Of a stretch of DNA of 64,000 nucleotides, positions 31,600-39,123 are shown one piece after another. Numbering within the stretch: the stretch's first letter is position 1; each line of letters opens with the position of its first letter. Source of the stretch: a virus; the IMG/VR virus record IMGVR_UViG_3300014158_000003, positions 32,001 through 96,000 of that record. One strand, written 5' to 3'. A program made the position numbers and the translations under genes. The notes beneath the pieces were generated by a model. It was not told the DNA's origin and did no database searches. It was given only the letters and a program-made list of their open reading frames with translations.

Positions 31600-33498
31600 G
31601 TGCCCGTCCACTCCCGCGGCCGCGGGTGCTACCAGTGGGGCCAGCACGGCAAGGTCTACTGCGGCCCCGGCGCCCGCCAGAAAGCCGAGCGGCAGGGGCG
31701 GGCGGCGCACGCGCGCGGGTACGGCCTGCGCGAACCGTCGAGCGACTGGGAGGACGCGCTCGTCCGCGGCGACGCGCGCTACGTCCCCGCTGGTGTCGCA
31801 CCGCAGATGCCGGGCGTCGTCGCGCGAGCGCGCGCGGCCGGCGCGCGCCCACCGCTCGAGTACGTGGGCGCCGGGATGACCGGCGTCGTCCTCTGCGCCG
31901 GCGACGTCGCGTACAAGGTCGCCCGGGACACGCGCCCGATCGACCACCAGTTCTTCGAGGAGGAGGCCGATTGGCTCGCGGCGGCCTCGCAGGTCCCCGC
32001 GGTCGCGCCGCACGTCGCGCACCTGCACGACTTCGACCCCGAGAGCCTCGTCATCGTCCGCGACTGCGTACGCGCCGACCCGGAGCAATCCGCGTGGCGG
32101 TACGGCGAGGGCAAGCTCCACGACCTGCACCGACAGATCGAACGGGACATGATCCCGTACGGCTGGACCGCGCCAGAGTTCAAGCCGGACAGCTATGTGC
32201 TGACGACCCGCGGGCCCGTGCTCGTCGATGCGTCGATGCCGTCCCGGGTCGGCAATGAGCTCGCGCAATACGTCGAGGCGGTCGTCGCCGACGAGCGGCC
32301 GCTCTGGACGACTCGGCCCGAGGACCTGGCGTTCGCGGTCCGGATGGAGGCTGGACGAACGCTCACGCAGGAGGAGTCGGACCGGCTCGAGGCGATGATC
32401 GCGCGTCGGTGGTCTGCGCGTGCCGGTGAGGTGAGGGAGCGGCGCTTGCGTGAAGTGCGTGAGCCGAATCTGTCGTACTTGCTCGGGCCCATGGGAACGA
32501 TCCGGGCCATCGGTCACGAGGACGGTCCCGAACCGCCGACGAACGGGATCGCACGATACCGATCCGAGCACGGTAGCTACCGGTACGTCTACTACGTCCG
32601 CGGCGAACCGGTGAGCGCCATCCAGGTGATGGCGCGCGACAAGAAACACGGTCGCGTCGCGAACGTGTGGACGGCTCCGCACGCGCGTCGAAACGGATAC
32701 GCGACCAAGCTTATCCAGCAAGCCAGGAAAGATTTCAAGACTGTCGAGCACTCCGACGCCCTGTCAGCGGACGCAGTTGCGTGGATTGATCGAGTCGGAG
32801 AGGCGCGAACCGTTCTCGCCGAGAACAGCGACTGGATACTCGTGGCGCCGCTCGCGCAAGCGCAGATCTTGGGCGGTGCCTACCTTGCGAGTTCCGACGG
32901 CCGATTTGTCATCTTCGCTCGCCGGTATCGCGTCGGCGACAAGGGTCGCCGCGAGTACCGAATCGAATTTCAGACCGTCGAGTATCTGGGCGGTGACTCT
33001 AGGAGAGGTGGCGAAAACCGAACCCTCTATGAGGGGCAGAATCTAGCCGTTCTCCAGGGTCGGGCCCGAAGATCGCCTCGTACGCGGCACGCGGCAGCAA
33101 GATGCGCATTTCAACGACCGGATCGTTGGCGCTTATCGTCTCGTCTCTCGGACCCTCGCGCTCTGCGAGACGCTGGACCCGATCGGGGATCTTGGCCGAA
33201 GCGAGCATCTCGGGCGCGCCCCGCATCAGCGCGCGCACTTCGGACGGGGTCCTGGGCGAGCGAGTCACAGCAGCCCTTCCGAGGCATTGTCCTGCCAGAT
33301 TGTTGCCGCACGGATGTACCCGAGAGCCACGCGCTCCGACTTGTGCCTGGTCTGCTTCATGATACTCGCCAGGGACTTCCCCTTGATCGCTGCGGTCGTC
33401 GCGAAACCAGATCGGAGCGAGTGACCCGACACGAGATCGGCGTCGAGGCCGGCACTCTTCGCCAAGCGCTTGACGATCTCCGAGGCGGTCCGATCTGA
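31600..33498 (+). CDS. polyvalent protein: kinase-like plus GNAT domains (C-terminal ~80 aa overlap the recombinase gene)
   Basis: VGAGMTGVV..AYKV..EEEA..FKPDSY..LVDA kinase-like; VANVWTAPHARRNGYATKL GNAT motif A. Confidence 0.7.
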   Translation: MPVHSRGRGCYQWGQHGKVYCGPGARQKAERQGRAAHARGYGLREPSSDWEDALVRGDARYVPAGVAPQMPGVVARARAAGARPPLEYVGAGMTGVVLCAGDVAYKVARDTRPIDHQFFEEEADWLAAASQVPAVAPHVAHLHDFDPESLVIVRDCVRADPEQSAWRYGEGKLHDLHRQIERDMIPYGWTAPEFKPDSYVLTTRGPVLVDASMPSRVGNELAQYVEAVVADERPLWTTRPEDLAFAVRMEAGRTLTQEESDRLEAMIARRWSARAGEVRERRLREVREPNLSYLLGPMGTIRAIGHEDGPEPPTNGIARYRSEHGSYRYVYYVRGEPVSAIQVMARDKKHGRVANVWTAPHARRNGYATKLIQQARKDFKTVEHSDALSADAVAWIDRVGEARTVLAENSDWILVAPLAQAQILGGAYLASSDGRFVIFARRYRVGDKGRREYRIEFQTVEYLGGDSRRGGENRTLYEGQNLAVLQGRARRSPRTRHAAARCAFQRPDRWRLSSRLSDPRALRDAGPDRGSWPKRASRARPASARALRTGSWASESQQPFRGIVLPDCCRTDVPESHALRLVPGLLHDTRQGLPLDRCGRRETRSERVTRHEIGVEAGTLRQALDDLRGGPI

Positions 33499-34164
33499 AA
33501 TCGGGAAGATCCTCCCCTCGGCGATCCCAGCCTCGGCGAGGTATTTCCAAAGCGCTCGGACCGGGCAGAGCGGTCCGCGCCCCATTGAAACACCGCAAAC
33601 CTGCCCTTCGCCTTCTTGGTCCGTCTTCGAGCTCCGTAACGTGACCATCAAGCCGTCCGGGCTGAACACGACGTCGTCAACGACCAGGGCGACGAGCTCC
33701 GACCGACGCAGGGCGGCAGCCCAGCCGAGGAGCACGAGCGCGCGATCCCTGGCGCTGGCGTTCAAGAGCATCGCAGCGAGGTCGGTGTCCTGTAGGGGGG
33801 TAGCCTTGCGCTGCGCGGTACGCAGCTTTCGACGCAGACCTTTGAGCGTCTCGCGGATCGCGGGGTGGTCCGGCCACTCCACGGCCGCGTCCTTGTGCGC
33901 CCGACGGAGGGCGGAGACCGCCCGGTCGATGGTCGCGATCTTGTGATCCAGGCTCAGGTGGGCCAGATACGCCACGATCGTCTCTGGACGGGCCGGGAGC
34001 GTCGCGAGGCCGTGAGGAGCTGCCCATGCTTGAAAAGCCCGCCAGTCCGCCGCGTAGCCTCGGCGCGTGGCGCTGGTGCGCTTGGCCTCCGCCGCTTCGG
34101 CGGCGATGGCGAGGAGAGACGGGAGAGAGTGTGTGGAAACGAGCGCATTCGCCTTGTCCGCCAT
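33265..34164 (-). CDS. Cre-like tyrosine recombinase
   Basis: TRRGY..W..F N-domain; ALRRSEL, SKTDQ, HSLRSG, TRHKS and GY catalytic residues. Confidence 0.93.
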   Translation of the reverse strand: MADKANALVSTHSLPSLLAIAAEAAEAKRTSATRRGYAADWRAFQAWAAPHGLATLPARPETIVAYLAHLSLDHKIATIDRAVSALRRAHKDAAVEWPDHPAIRETLKGLRRKLRTAQRKATPLQDTDLAAMLLNASARDRALVLLGWAAALRRSELVALVVDDVVFSPDGLMVTLRSSKTDQEGEGQVCGVSMGRGPLCPVRALWKYLAEAGIAEGRIFPISDRTASEIVKRLAKSAGLDADLVSGHSLRSGFATTAAIKGKSLASIMKQTRHKSERVALGYIRAATIWQDNASEGLL

Positions 34165-34166
34165 GC

Positions 34167-34191
34167 TTCCGATAATGGTCTGTTATCGGAA
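34167..34191. promoter_or_regulatory. lox-like inverted repeat upstream of the recombinase
   Basis: TTCCGATAA-tggtctg-TTATCGGAA; a third CCGATAA near 34213. Confidence 0.65.
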
Positions 34192-34500
34192 AAAACGCCA
34201 GCCCATCCTTGACCGATAAAGGTTTGGCGTCAAATGGGCGACTTGGACTCGTCTTCGACCGCGTGCGGGGTGAAGTCGCCCCATGGCGTCGCGGGTCGGC
34301 CGCTGGCGACGTCGGCGCGCACGCTCGCGAGCCCGGCGTCCAAGATCGCCTCCGTCGTCCCGGGTGACATAAAACCACAGGCCCCAACCAGCCGCCGAAC
34401 CGTCGGTAGCGTGGCGGAGCGGCCGGATCGTGCACTCGCCGAGCAGGAGTTCGTCGGCCAGAACACCCGAACGGTACCGGAGCGTGCAGTCCGCCATGAC

Positions 34501-35433
34501 CTATGCGAGCCCCGCACTGACCCGCTGCCGCTGGATCCGCGTCCGGACGTCCTCCGGGTCGACCCAGCTCGCCGGCGCGCCTGCGGGGCGCCAGTAGACC
34601 GAACAGGCCACTAAACCGTCGGCGATGACGATCCACGCGCCCGCGCGCGGCAGCTCAGGTGGTTGGCCGGACTGCTGCCAGCGCAGAAAGAGGGCGCGTG
34701 CAGCCTCCGCCGGAGTGAGTCCGACCAGCATGGGGGCACCGCACGGCAGGTAGATGTTCGCGGTCCTGCCAGAAAGGACAATGAGTCCGCTTGCTTCGGC
34801 GAGCGCGCCGTCGAGGGGGAACGTGCGGATCCGGATGTCACCGAGCGCGATGTCATGCGACACCGACTCCAGCGGCTCGATCGCCTGCTGGACGAGTCGC
34901 GCGAGTCGCAACCGTTCCGCCGACGTGTCCGGCGACCCGACCGACGGGTGCGCTGGCGAGGATCCCGGCGAGCCACCCGCTGGGTGCCACGGGGGCGCTG
35001 CTGCGGGGTGGCCCGGAGGTTGACCTGGGGACCAGCCTACGGGGTCACCCTGCGGGTAACCTGGGAACTGTCCCGCAGGTTGACCCGCGGTCGGCTCGGG
35101 AGAACCTGGCGAGATCCTGCGGACCATCCAGAGATGGCCCACTCGCTCGACATAGCCGAGCGCCCCAAGCCTGTGCAGCAGCGCGTTGCCCGCGAGCGAG
35201 TGGCTCCCGCGCGATCTCGGGCTCCCGCTGCGGTCCAGTCGGTCCGGCCACATCTTCATCGAGAAGTCGGCCGCCGATAGAGCCCCGCTGCGGAGCACGT
35301 CGATCGCTCGACTGACTTCGGCCGGTTTCAGGTCGTACACGCCATCGCCAGGATAACGCGTGAGAACCTCAGCGCAATACTGGCGTGCTAGGTTGCTGGT
35401 CTCTCGGGGGCGCGGGAGGTTCTCGGAGAACAT
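34501..35433 (-). CDS. hypothetical protein (start uncertain)
   Basis: wHTH-like LLHRLGALGYVERVG followed by a P/G linker. Confidence 0.5.
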   Translation of the reverse strand: MFSENLPRPRETSNLARQYCAEVLTRYPGDGVYDLKPAEVSRAIDVLRSGALSAADFSMKMWPDRLDRSGSPRSRGSHSLAGNALLHRLGALGYVERVGHLWMVRRISPGSPEPTAGQPAGQFPGYPQGDPVGWSPGQPPGHPAAAPPWHPAGGSPGSSPAHPSVGSPDTSAERLRLARLVQQAIEPLESVSHDIALGDIRIRTFPLDGALAEASGLIVLSGRTANIYLPCGAPMLVGLTPAEAARALFLRWQQSGQPPELPRAGAWIVIADGLVACSVYWRPAGAPASWVDPEDVRTRIQRQRVSAGLA

Positions 35434-35818
35434 GGACATCACTGCGCCGCCGAAAGAGCTGCAGATCGCCTTCTGCACCACCTGCAAGGGCCGAACTCCC
35501 CACATCCGGGAGACGCTGCCAGTCAACCTGCATGGCAACGCGCGGGCCCGGTTCGTCCTCGTCAACTACAACAGCCCCGACCAGCTCGACGATCTGCTCC
35601 GCGAGCGGCACATGGGCGACATCGATAGCGGCCGACTGAGCGTCTACCGGTTCACCGAGCCAGGACCGTTCCGGATGGCGCACGCCAAGAACCTAGCCCA
35701 TCGATTGGCGATCTCAGAGGGAGCGGACATCCTCGTGAACCTAGACGCGGACAACTTCGCTGGGCAGGCTTTCGACGCGTACGTGGCCGAGCGGCTCAGC
35801 GCACACGTTGACGATTGA
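35432..35818 (+). CDS. glycosyltransferase family 2 N-terminal domain (probably truncated)
   Basis: IAFCTTCKGR..LVNYNSPD..AHAKNLA..NLDADN (DxD); GGAG RBS; only 128 aa. Confidence 0.75.
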   Translation: MDITAPPKELQIAFCTTCKGRTPHIRETLPVNLHGNARARFVLVNYNSPDQLDDLLRERHMGDIDSGRLSVYRFTEPGPFRMAHAKNLAHRLAISEGADILVNLDADNFAGQAFDAYVAERLSAHVDD

Positions 35819-35866
35819 CGATTCTATTTGCGCGACTCCATAACGTGAGCTAAGGGTTCCTCTGCG

Positions 35867-35983
35867 ATGAAACGCGCCGGCTCAACAGCCACGTATACCG
35901 AGCGGTCCGAAAGGGCTGCCTGGGACACGTGCGCCGTCGTGATCGGGCGCCCTTTCCAGAGCAATCCGGGTCACACCATGTAG
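35867..35983 (+). CDS. putative attenuator leader peptide MKRAGSTATYTERSERAAWDTCAVVIGRPFQSNPGHTM
   Basis: 38 codons covering 19 amino acids (no Leu); stop codon abuts an antiterminator strand. Confidence 0.7.
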   Translation: MKRAGSTATYTERSERAAWDTCAVVIGRPFQSNPGHTM

Positions 35984-36022
35984 GGCAGCTTCGCGAATAC
36001 GCAACGTAGCGCGAGGCCGCCC
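35983..36022 (+). promoter_or_regulatory. antiterminator helix
   Basis: GGGCAGCTTCGCG (35983-35995) pairs with CGCGAGGCCGCCC (36010-36022), 12 of 13 pairs including one G-U; overlaps the terminator 5' arm. Confidence 0.7.
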
Positions 36023-36047
36023 GGAGAAGACCCGAGGCGGCTTTTTT
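36014..36047 (+). terminator. attenuator terminator just before the first tRNA
   Basis: GCCGCCCGG-agaagac-CCG(A)GGCGGC-TTTTTT. Confidence 0.85.
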
Positions 36048-36053
36048 CATTTC

Positions 36054-36131
36054 GGGTCGAGCGCTGGGACGCGACGGTGTCTGTAAAACACTGGCTTTCA
36101 TGCTCGCTGGGTTCGATTCCCAGGCGACCCA
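36054..36131 (+). tRNA. tRNA-Tyr(GTA)
   Basis: Loop ctGTAaa, TTCGATT T-loop, short D-arm. Confidence 0.8.
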
Positions 36132-36178
36132 CGAGGAGAGGAGGACACGATGAAACGCACCGGTCCAAAAGAAAGCGA

Positions 36179-36250
36179 GGGACGTTAGCTCCAGGGCGGA
36201 GCGGCAGCCTTTTAAGCTGCGCGGGCCGGGTTCGATCCCCGGGCGTCCCA
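36179..36250 (+). tRNA. tRNA-Lys(TTT)
   Basis: gcagc ctTTTaa gctgc. Confidence 0.9.
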
Positions 36251-36260
36251 CGACCCACGC

Positions 36261-36331
36261 GCGCCGGTAGCTCGAAGGTCGAGCAGGTGGCTCTTAACCA
36301 CTCGGCGAGAGTTCGATTCTCTCTCGGCGCA
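36261..36331 (+). tRNA. tRNA-Lys(CTT)
   Basis: ggtgg ctCTTaa ccact. Confidence 0.9.
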
Positions 36332-36332
36332 C

Positions 36333-36399
36333 TGGGGATTCGATGGTCGACAGGTGGTCTCTGAAGCCGCCGACGGTGGTTCGATTCCACCATCCCCAA
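36333..36399 (+). tRNA. tRNA-Gln(CTG)
   Basis: Loop ctCTGaa; tggggat/atcccca acceptor stem. Confidence 0.85.
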
Positions 36400-36403
36400 C
36401 CGA

Positions 36404-36438
36404 TGGCCCGACGCACACGGGCTATTCGCTCCTTGACA
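36404..36438 (+). promoter_or_regulatory. boxB-boxA-like antitermination signal
   Basis: Hairpin TGGCCCG-acgcaca-CGGGCTA then CGCTCCTTGACA (rrn boxA is TGCTCTTTAACA). Confidence 0.5.
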
Positions 36439-36522
36439 ACCTGGACGCACGTGACGCGCGGGCGCGAGCTCGCGGGCGGTCTCTGCGAAGTCACGACGCG
36501 CGGGCACGTAGCCGCGCAACAT

Positions 36523-36594
36523 TGCGATGCAGCATGAAGGTCATGCGCCCGGCTGTTAACCGGAGAGAAGCGGGTTCGACTCCTGCCTTCGCAG
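36523..36594 (+). tRNA. tRNA-Asn(GTT)
   Basis: ccgg ctGTTaa ccgg. Confidence 0.85.
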
Positions 36595-36600
36595 CTCGAC

Positions 36601-36669
36601 GCCGTCTTGTACCTGGGGTCAACGCGCTCTCGTAAGGCGCGTGGCGGGGTTCGAATCCCCGAGGCGGCT
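36601..36669 (+). tRNA. tRNA-Thr(CGT)
   Basis: gcgct ctCGTaa ggcgc. Confidence 0.8.
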
Positions 36670-36674
36670 CTCAC

Positions 36675-36747
36675 GTCCCGTTCGACTTCTTGGGCAGGTC
36701 GCCGGATTCTCGATCCGGACAGAGGGGTTCGAATCCCCTACGGGACG
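36675..36747 (+). tRNA. tRNA-Glu(CTC)
   Basis: ccgga ttCTCga tccgg. Confidence 0.9.
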
Positions 36748-36752
36748 CTCTT

Positions 36753-36824
36753 GGTCCGCTTTCTCCTGGTGGGGTGGTCGGATTTTCAACTCGACTTCGA
36801 CGGGTTCGATCCCCGTGCGGATCA
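36753..36824 (+). tRNA. tRNA-Glu(TTC)
   Basis: Loop ttTTCaa, imperfect anticodon stem. Confidence 0.7.
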
Positions 36825-36835
36825 CGAAGTAGTAC

Positions 36836-36908
36836 GCCGCGAGAGCTGGTGAGGTCATAGCGCCCGGTTGAAGCCCGGGAGAACTCCGCTCGATACGGAG
36901 TCGCGGCA
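36836..36908 (+). tRNA. tRNA-Phe(GAA)
   Basis: cccgg ttGAAgc ccggg. Confidence 0.85.
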
Positions 36909-36919
36909 CGAAGTGGTAT

Positions 36920-36991
36920 CAGGGTGAGGTGTTTGTGGTAGCACGCTCCGTTCGGGCCGGAGTGGTGCGGGTTCGACTCCCGCCGCCCTGA
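36920..36991 (+). tRNA. tRNA-Pro(CGG)
   Basis: ctccg ttCGGgc cggag. Confidence 0.88.
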
Positions 36992-36993
36992 CT

Positions 36994-37070
36994 GTGACCG
37001 TGGTGTAGTGGTTTCTGCACGGCTGGTTGTGGCCCAGCAGGTACGAGTTCAATCCTCGTCGGTCACCCCA
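36994..37070 (+). tRNA. tRNA-His(GTG)
   Basis: gctgg ttGTGgc ccagc; encoded CCA. Confidence 0.9.
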
Positions 37071-37071
37071 C

Positions 37072-37143
37072 CTCCTCGTCCCGCCGGATGCGGGCGGCGC
37101 ACTCCTAAGGCGCACGTGCCGGGTCCGACTCCCGGCGAGGAGA
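37072..37143 (+). tRNA. tRNA-Arg(CCT)
   Basis: Loop ctCCTaa; ctcctcg/cgaggag acceptor stem. Confidence 0.8.
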
Positions 37144-37149
37144 CGAAAT

Positions 37150-37222
37150 GCCCCGTGACGCGCCTGGTGGCGCGGTCAGCTTGTCACGCTGCGCGAGACG
37201 GATTCGATTTCCGTACGGGGCG
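37150..37222 (+). tRNA. tRNA-Asp(GTC)
   Basis: cagc ttGTCac gctg. Confidence 0.82.
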
Positions 37223-37230
37223 CTGCGCCT

Positions 37231-37298
37231 GGGTCCATGCATCGGATGCAGCTCGGTCTCCAAAACCGAGGATGAGGGTTCGACTCCTTCTGGGCCCG
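37231..37298 (+). tRNA. tRNA-Trp(CCA)
   Basis: ctcggt ctCCAaa accgag. Confidence 0.85.
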
Positions 37299-37308
37299 CG
37301 AAGTAAAC

Positions 37309-37379
37309 GGGCTGCTCGTCCAACGCGAGGACACCGCTTTCGCACTGCGGAGATGGGGGTTGGATTCCCCCGCGGTCCA
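37309..37379 (+). tRNA. tRNA-Ala(CGC)
   Basis: Loop ttCGCac; G3:U70 pair in the acceptor stem. Confidence 0.8.
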
Positions 37380-37387
37380 CTGGCTTT

Positions 37388-37458
37388 GCCCATGTCCGAC
37401 GGTCGGGCTCCTCCTCGGTAAGGAGGCGCTGCGGGTTCAACTCCCGACGTGGGCTCCA
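37388..37458 (+). tRNA. tRNA-Thr(GGT)
   Basis: cctcc tcGGTaa ggagg; encoded CCA. Confidence 0.8.
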
Positions 37459-37460
37459 AC

Positions 37461-37528
37461 GCCGATCGGTCCAGGGACCACGGCCCCTTTGTATGGGCCA
37501 CAGACGCGTTCGATTCGCGTGATCGGCT
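37461..37528 (+). tRNA. tRNA-Thr(TGT)
   Basis: Loop ttTGTat (register slightly ambiguous); gccgatc/gatcggc acceptor stem. Confidence 0.7.
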
Positions 37529-37532
37529 CCGT

Positions 37533-37603
37533 GCGGGTGTAGGTGACGGTCACCGGCGCGCCTTCCAAGCGTTGCTACCCGGGTTCGATTCCCGGCATCC
37601 GCT
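37533..37603 (+). tRNA. tRNA-Gly(TCC)
   Basis: Loop ctTCCaa; U73. Confidence 0.82.
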
Positions 37604-37617
37604 CTGACGCTATTTGC

Positions 37618-37689
37618 GCGGGCGAGTCGGCAAGGTGCCGAGCGTGGTTGCCATCCACGTCCAGGCGAGTTCGATTCTCGTCGCCCGCT
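37618..37689 (+). tRNA. tRNA-Gly(GCC)
   Basis: cgtgg ttGCCat ccacg. Confidence 0.85.
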
Positions 37690-37694
37690 CTAGT

Positions 37695-37763
37695 GAGCCG
37701 ATCTTCCGGCGAAGGACGCTGATTGCAACCTAGCGAAGCCCGGTTCAACTCCGGGTCGGCTCT
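37695..37763 (+). tRNA. tRNA-Cys(GCA)
   Basis: Loop ttGCAac; U73. Confidence 0.75.
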
Positions 37764-37795
37764 CCGGGCGAGGCGCAGCGATGCGCCGAGCCTGC

Positions 37796-37866
37796 GCGCT
37801 CGTCCCGGCGGATCCGGGCATGGCACTTCTAAGGCCGTTGACTCGTTTCGACTACGAGCGAGCGTT
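37796..37866 (+). tRNA. tRNA-Arg(TCT)
   Basis: Loop ctTCTaa. Confidence 0.75.
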
Positions 37867-37868
37867 CC

Positions 37869-37941
37869 CTCGTCGTTCCGGCGGATTTCCGGACCGGAGT
37901 TTCCGAAACTTCGTGCCCGGGTCCGACTCCCGGCGACGAGA
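37869..37941 (+). tRNA. tRNA-Arg(CCG)
   Basis: cggagt ttCCGaa acttcg. Confidence 0.8.
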
Positions 37942-37942
37942 C

Positions 37943-38012
37943 CTCCCTGCCAGCGGACCTGGCGTCGACGCTACGAACGTTGATTGCGGCCGTTCAACTC
38001 GGTCCAGGGAGA
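37943..38012 (+). tRNA. tRNA-Arg(ACG)
   Basis: tcgacg ctACGaa cgttga. Confidence 0.8.
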
Positions 38013-38013
38013 C

Positions 38014-38089
38014 CGCGGGGTGGCGTAGATTTAGTCGCCAGGTGGGCCCATAACCCTCCCGATGCCGGATGCAACACCGGTCTCCGCAA
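38014..38089 (+). tRNA. initiator-like tRNA-Met(CAT)
   Basis: C1:A72 mismatch; GGG/CCC closing the anticodon stem; atypical T-loop. Confidence 0.7.
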
Positions 38090-38091
38090 CC

Positions 38092-38161
38092 GCCGACGAC
38101 GACCGGGATCGAGCGCGCTCTCATAAGGCGCTGCAGTGGGGTTCGACTCCCCACGTCGGCA
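38092..38161 (+). tRNA. tRNA-Met(CAT) (elongator or Ile2)
   Basis: gcgct ctCATaa ggcgc. Confidence 0.8.
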
Positions 38162-38162
38162 C

Positions 38163-38230
38163 CGGAGGATACCTGGCGGGAGCATGCGCCCTACAAGCGC
38201 GAGCGCGGGGTCCGATTCCCCGGCCTCCGA
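38163..38230 (+). tRNA. tRNA-Val(TAC)
   Basis: gcgc ccTACaa gcgc. Confidence 0.7.
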
Positions 38231-38231
38231 C

Positions 38232-38310
38232 CGGACGCGTGCCTAAGCCGGCGGTCCCGGCGCACGTCTTATGAGCGTGTGGCTCGAGGGTTCAACTCCT
38301 GCGCGTCCGA
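38232..38310 (+). tRNA. tRNA-Ile(TAT)
   Basis: gcacgt ctTATga gcgtgt; cggacgc/gcgtccg acceptor stem. Confidence 0.65.
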
Positions 38311-38316
38311 CTCAAT

Positions 38317-38388
38317 GCGAGGCATGGCTGCTGGTGCAGCCACCGGCTCGACACGCCGGCTAGGAGGGTTCGATCCCCTCGCCTCGCA
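38317..38388 (+). tRNA. tRNA-Val(GAC)
   Basis: ccggc tcGACac gccgg. Confidence 0.85.
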
Positions 38389-38390
38389 CC

Positions 38391-38462
38391 CCGCCCAGAG
38401 GCCCGGTTGGCCTGCGATTGCTGATAACGATCGCGCGCTGCGTTCAACTCGCAGTGGGCGGA
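38391..38462 (+). tRNA. tRNA-Ile(GAT)
   Basis: gcgattg ctGATaa cgatcgc. Confidence 0.82.
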
Positions 38463-38486
38463 CAACGTGCTAGATCGAACCGCGCG

Positions 38487-39008
38487 ATGGAACCGCAGAC
38501 GCTCGTGCTCACCCCGCACATGACTCCCCACCGGATCGCCGGTTGGCAGGAAGCGATCGTGCTCGTCTACACGGACAAGGTCGACGTGCTCGAGGAGTAC
38601 GAGGCGACGATCTCGAGCCCGTCGGTGACGTTGCAGGTGCCCGCGGTGCTGCGCCTGCGCAAGGAGATGTCGCTCTTCAAGAAGGGCACGAAGTACAGCC
38701 CAGCGAACGTCATGCTCCGTGACAAGCACACGTGCTGCTACTGCGGCCAGAAGAAGCGGCCGCGCGATCTCAACATCGACCACGTCGTCCCGCGCGCGCA
38801 GGGCGGCAAGACGACGTGGCTGAACTGCGTCTCCTCGTGCCCGAGCTGCAACCGCCGCAAGGGGGCGCGCACGCCGGCGCAGGCAGGACTGAAGATGCAC
38901 TTCCAGCCGCACGTGCCCAGGCAGTTGCCGTTCGCGCCGCTGCTGCTCATCGCGAAGGTGCCCGACCTATGGGTCCCCTACCTGTCGGCGAGCGCGCAGA
39001 CGGCGTAG
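38487..39008 (+). CDS. HNH endonuclease (McrA-like) within the tRNA array
   Basis: RDKHTCCYCG..NIDHVVPRAQGG..WLNCVSSCPSCNRRKG. Confidence 0.92.
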   Translation: MEPQTLVLTPHMTPHRIAGWQEAIVLVYTDKVDVLEEYEATISSPSVTLQVPAVLRLRKEMSLFKKGTKYSPANVMLRDKHTCCYCGQKKRPRDLNIDHVVPRAQGGKTTWLNCVSSCPSCNRRKGARTPAQAGLKMHFQPHVPRQLPFAPLLLIAKVPDLWVPYLSASAQTA

Positions 39009-39019
39009 CAAAAAAGTTT

Positions 39020-39110
39020 GGAAGGTACCGCTGAATGGTCGGCAATCCGGTTCGAACCCGGAGGCGTGGTGTAACCCATCACGGGCGTTCGATTCGTCTA
39101 CTTTCCGCCA
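39020..39110 (+). tRNA. tRNA-Ser(CGA)
   Basis: tccgg ttCGAac ccgga; long variable arm; encoded CCA. Confidence 0.88.
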
Positions 39111-39123
39111 ACGTGAAAGCACT

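Noticed and set aside
34183-34497. 104-aa ORF between the recombinase and 34501..35433
   Set aside because: Plausibly coding, but it has no motif and its end overlaps the lox-like site; not enough support to call.
35820-36050. T-box riboswitch or stand-alone ncRNA
   Set aside because: No TGGNACC T-box bulge before the terminator; the ORF and helix geometry fit ribosome-mediated attenuation better. An Rfam scan was not possible.
37764-37795. Extra tRNA between Cys and Arg(TCT)
   Set aside because: Only a short hairpin; no T-arm or acceptor stem.
35850-38473. Track ORFs across the tRNA array
   Set aside because: They overlap well-formed tRNA cloverleaves and are not protein-like.
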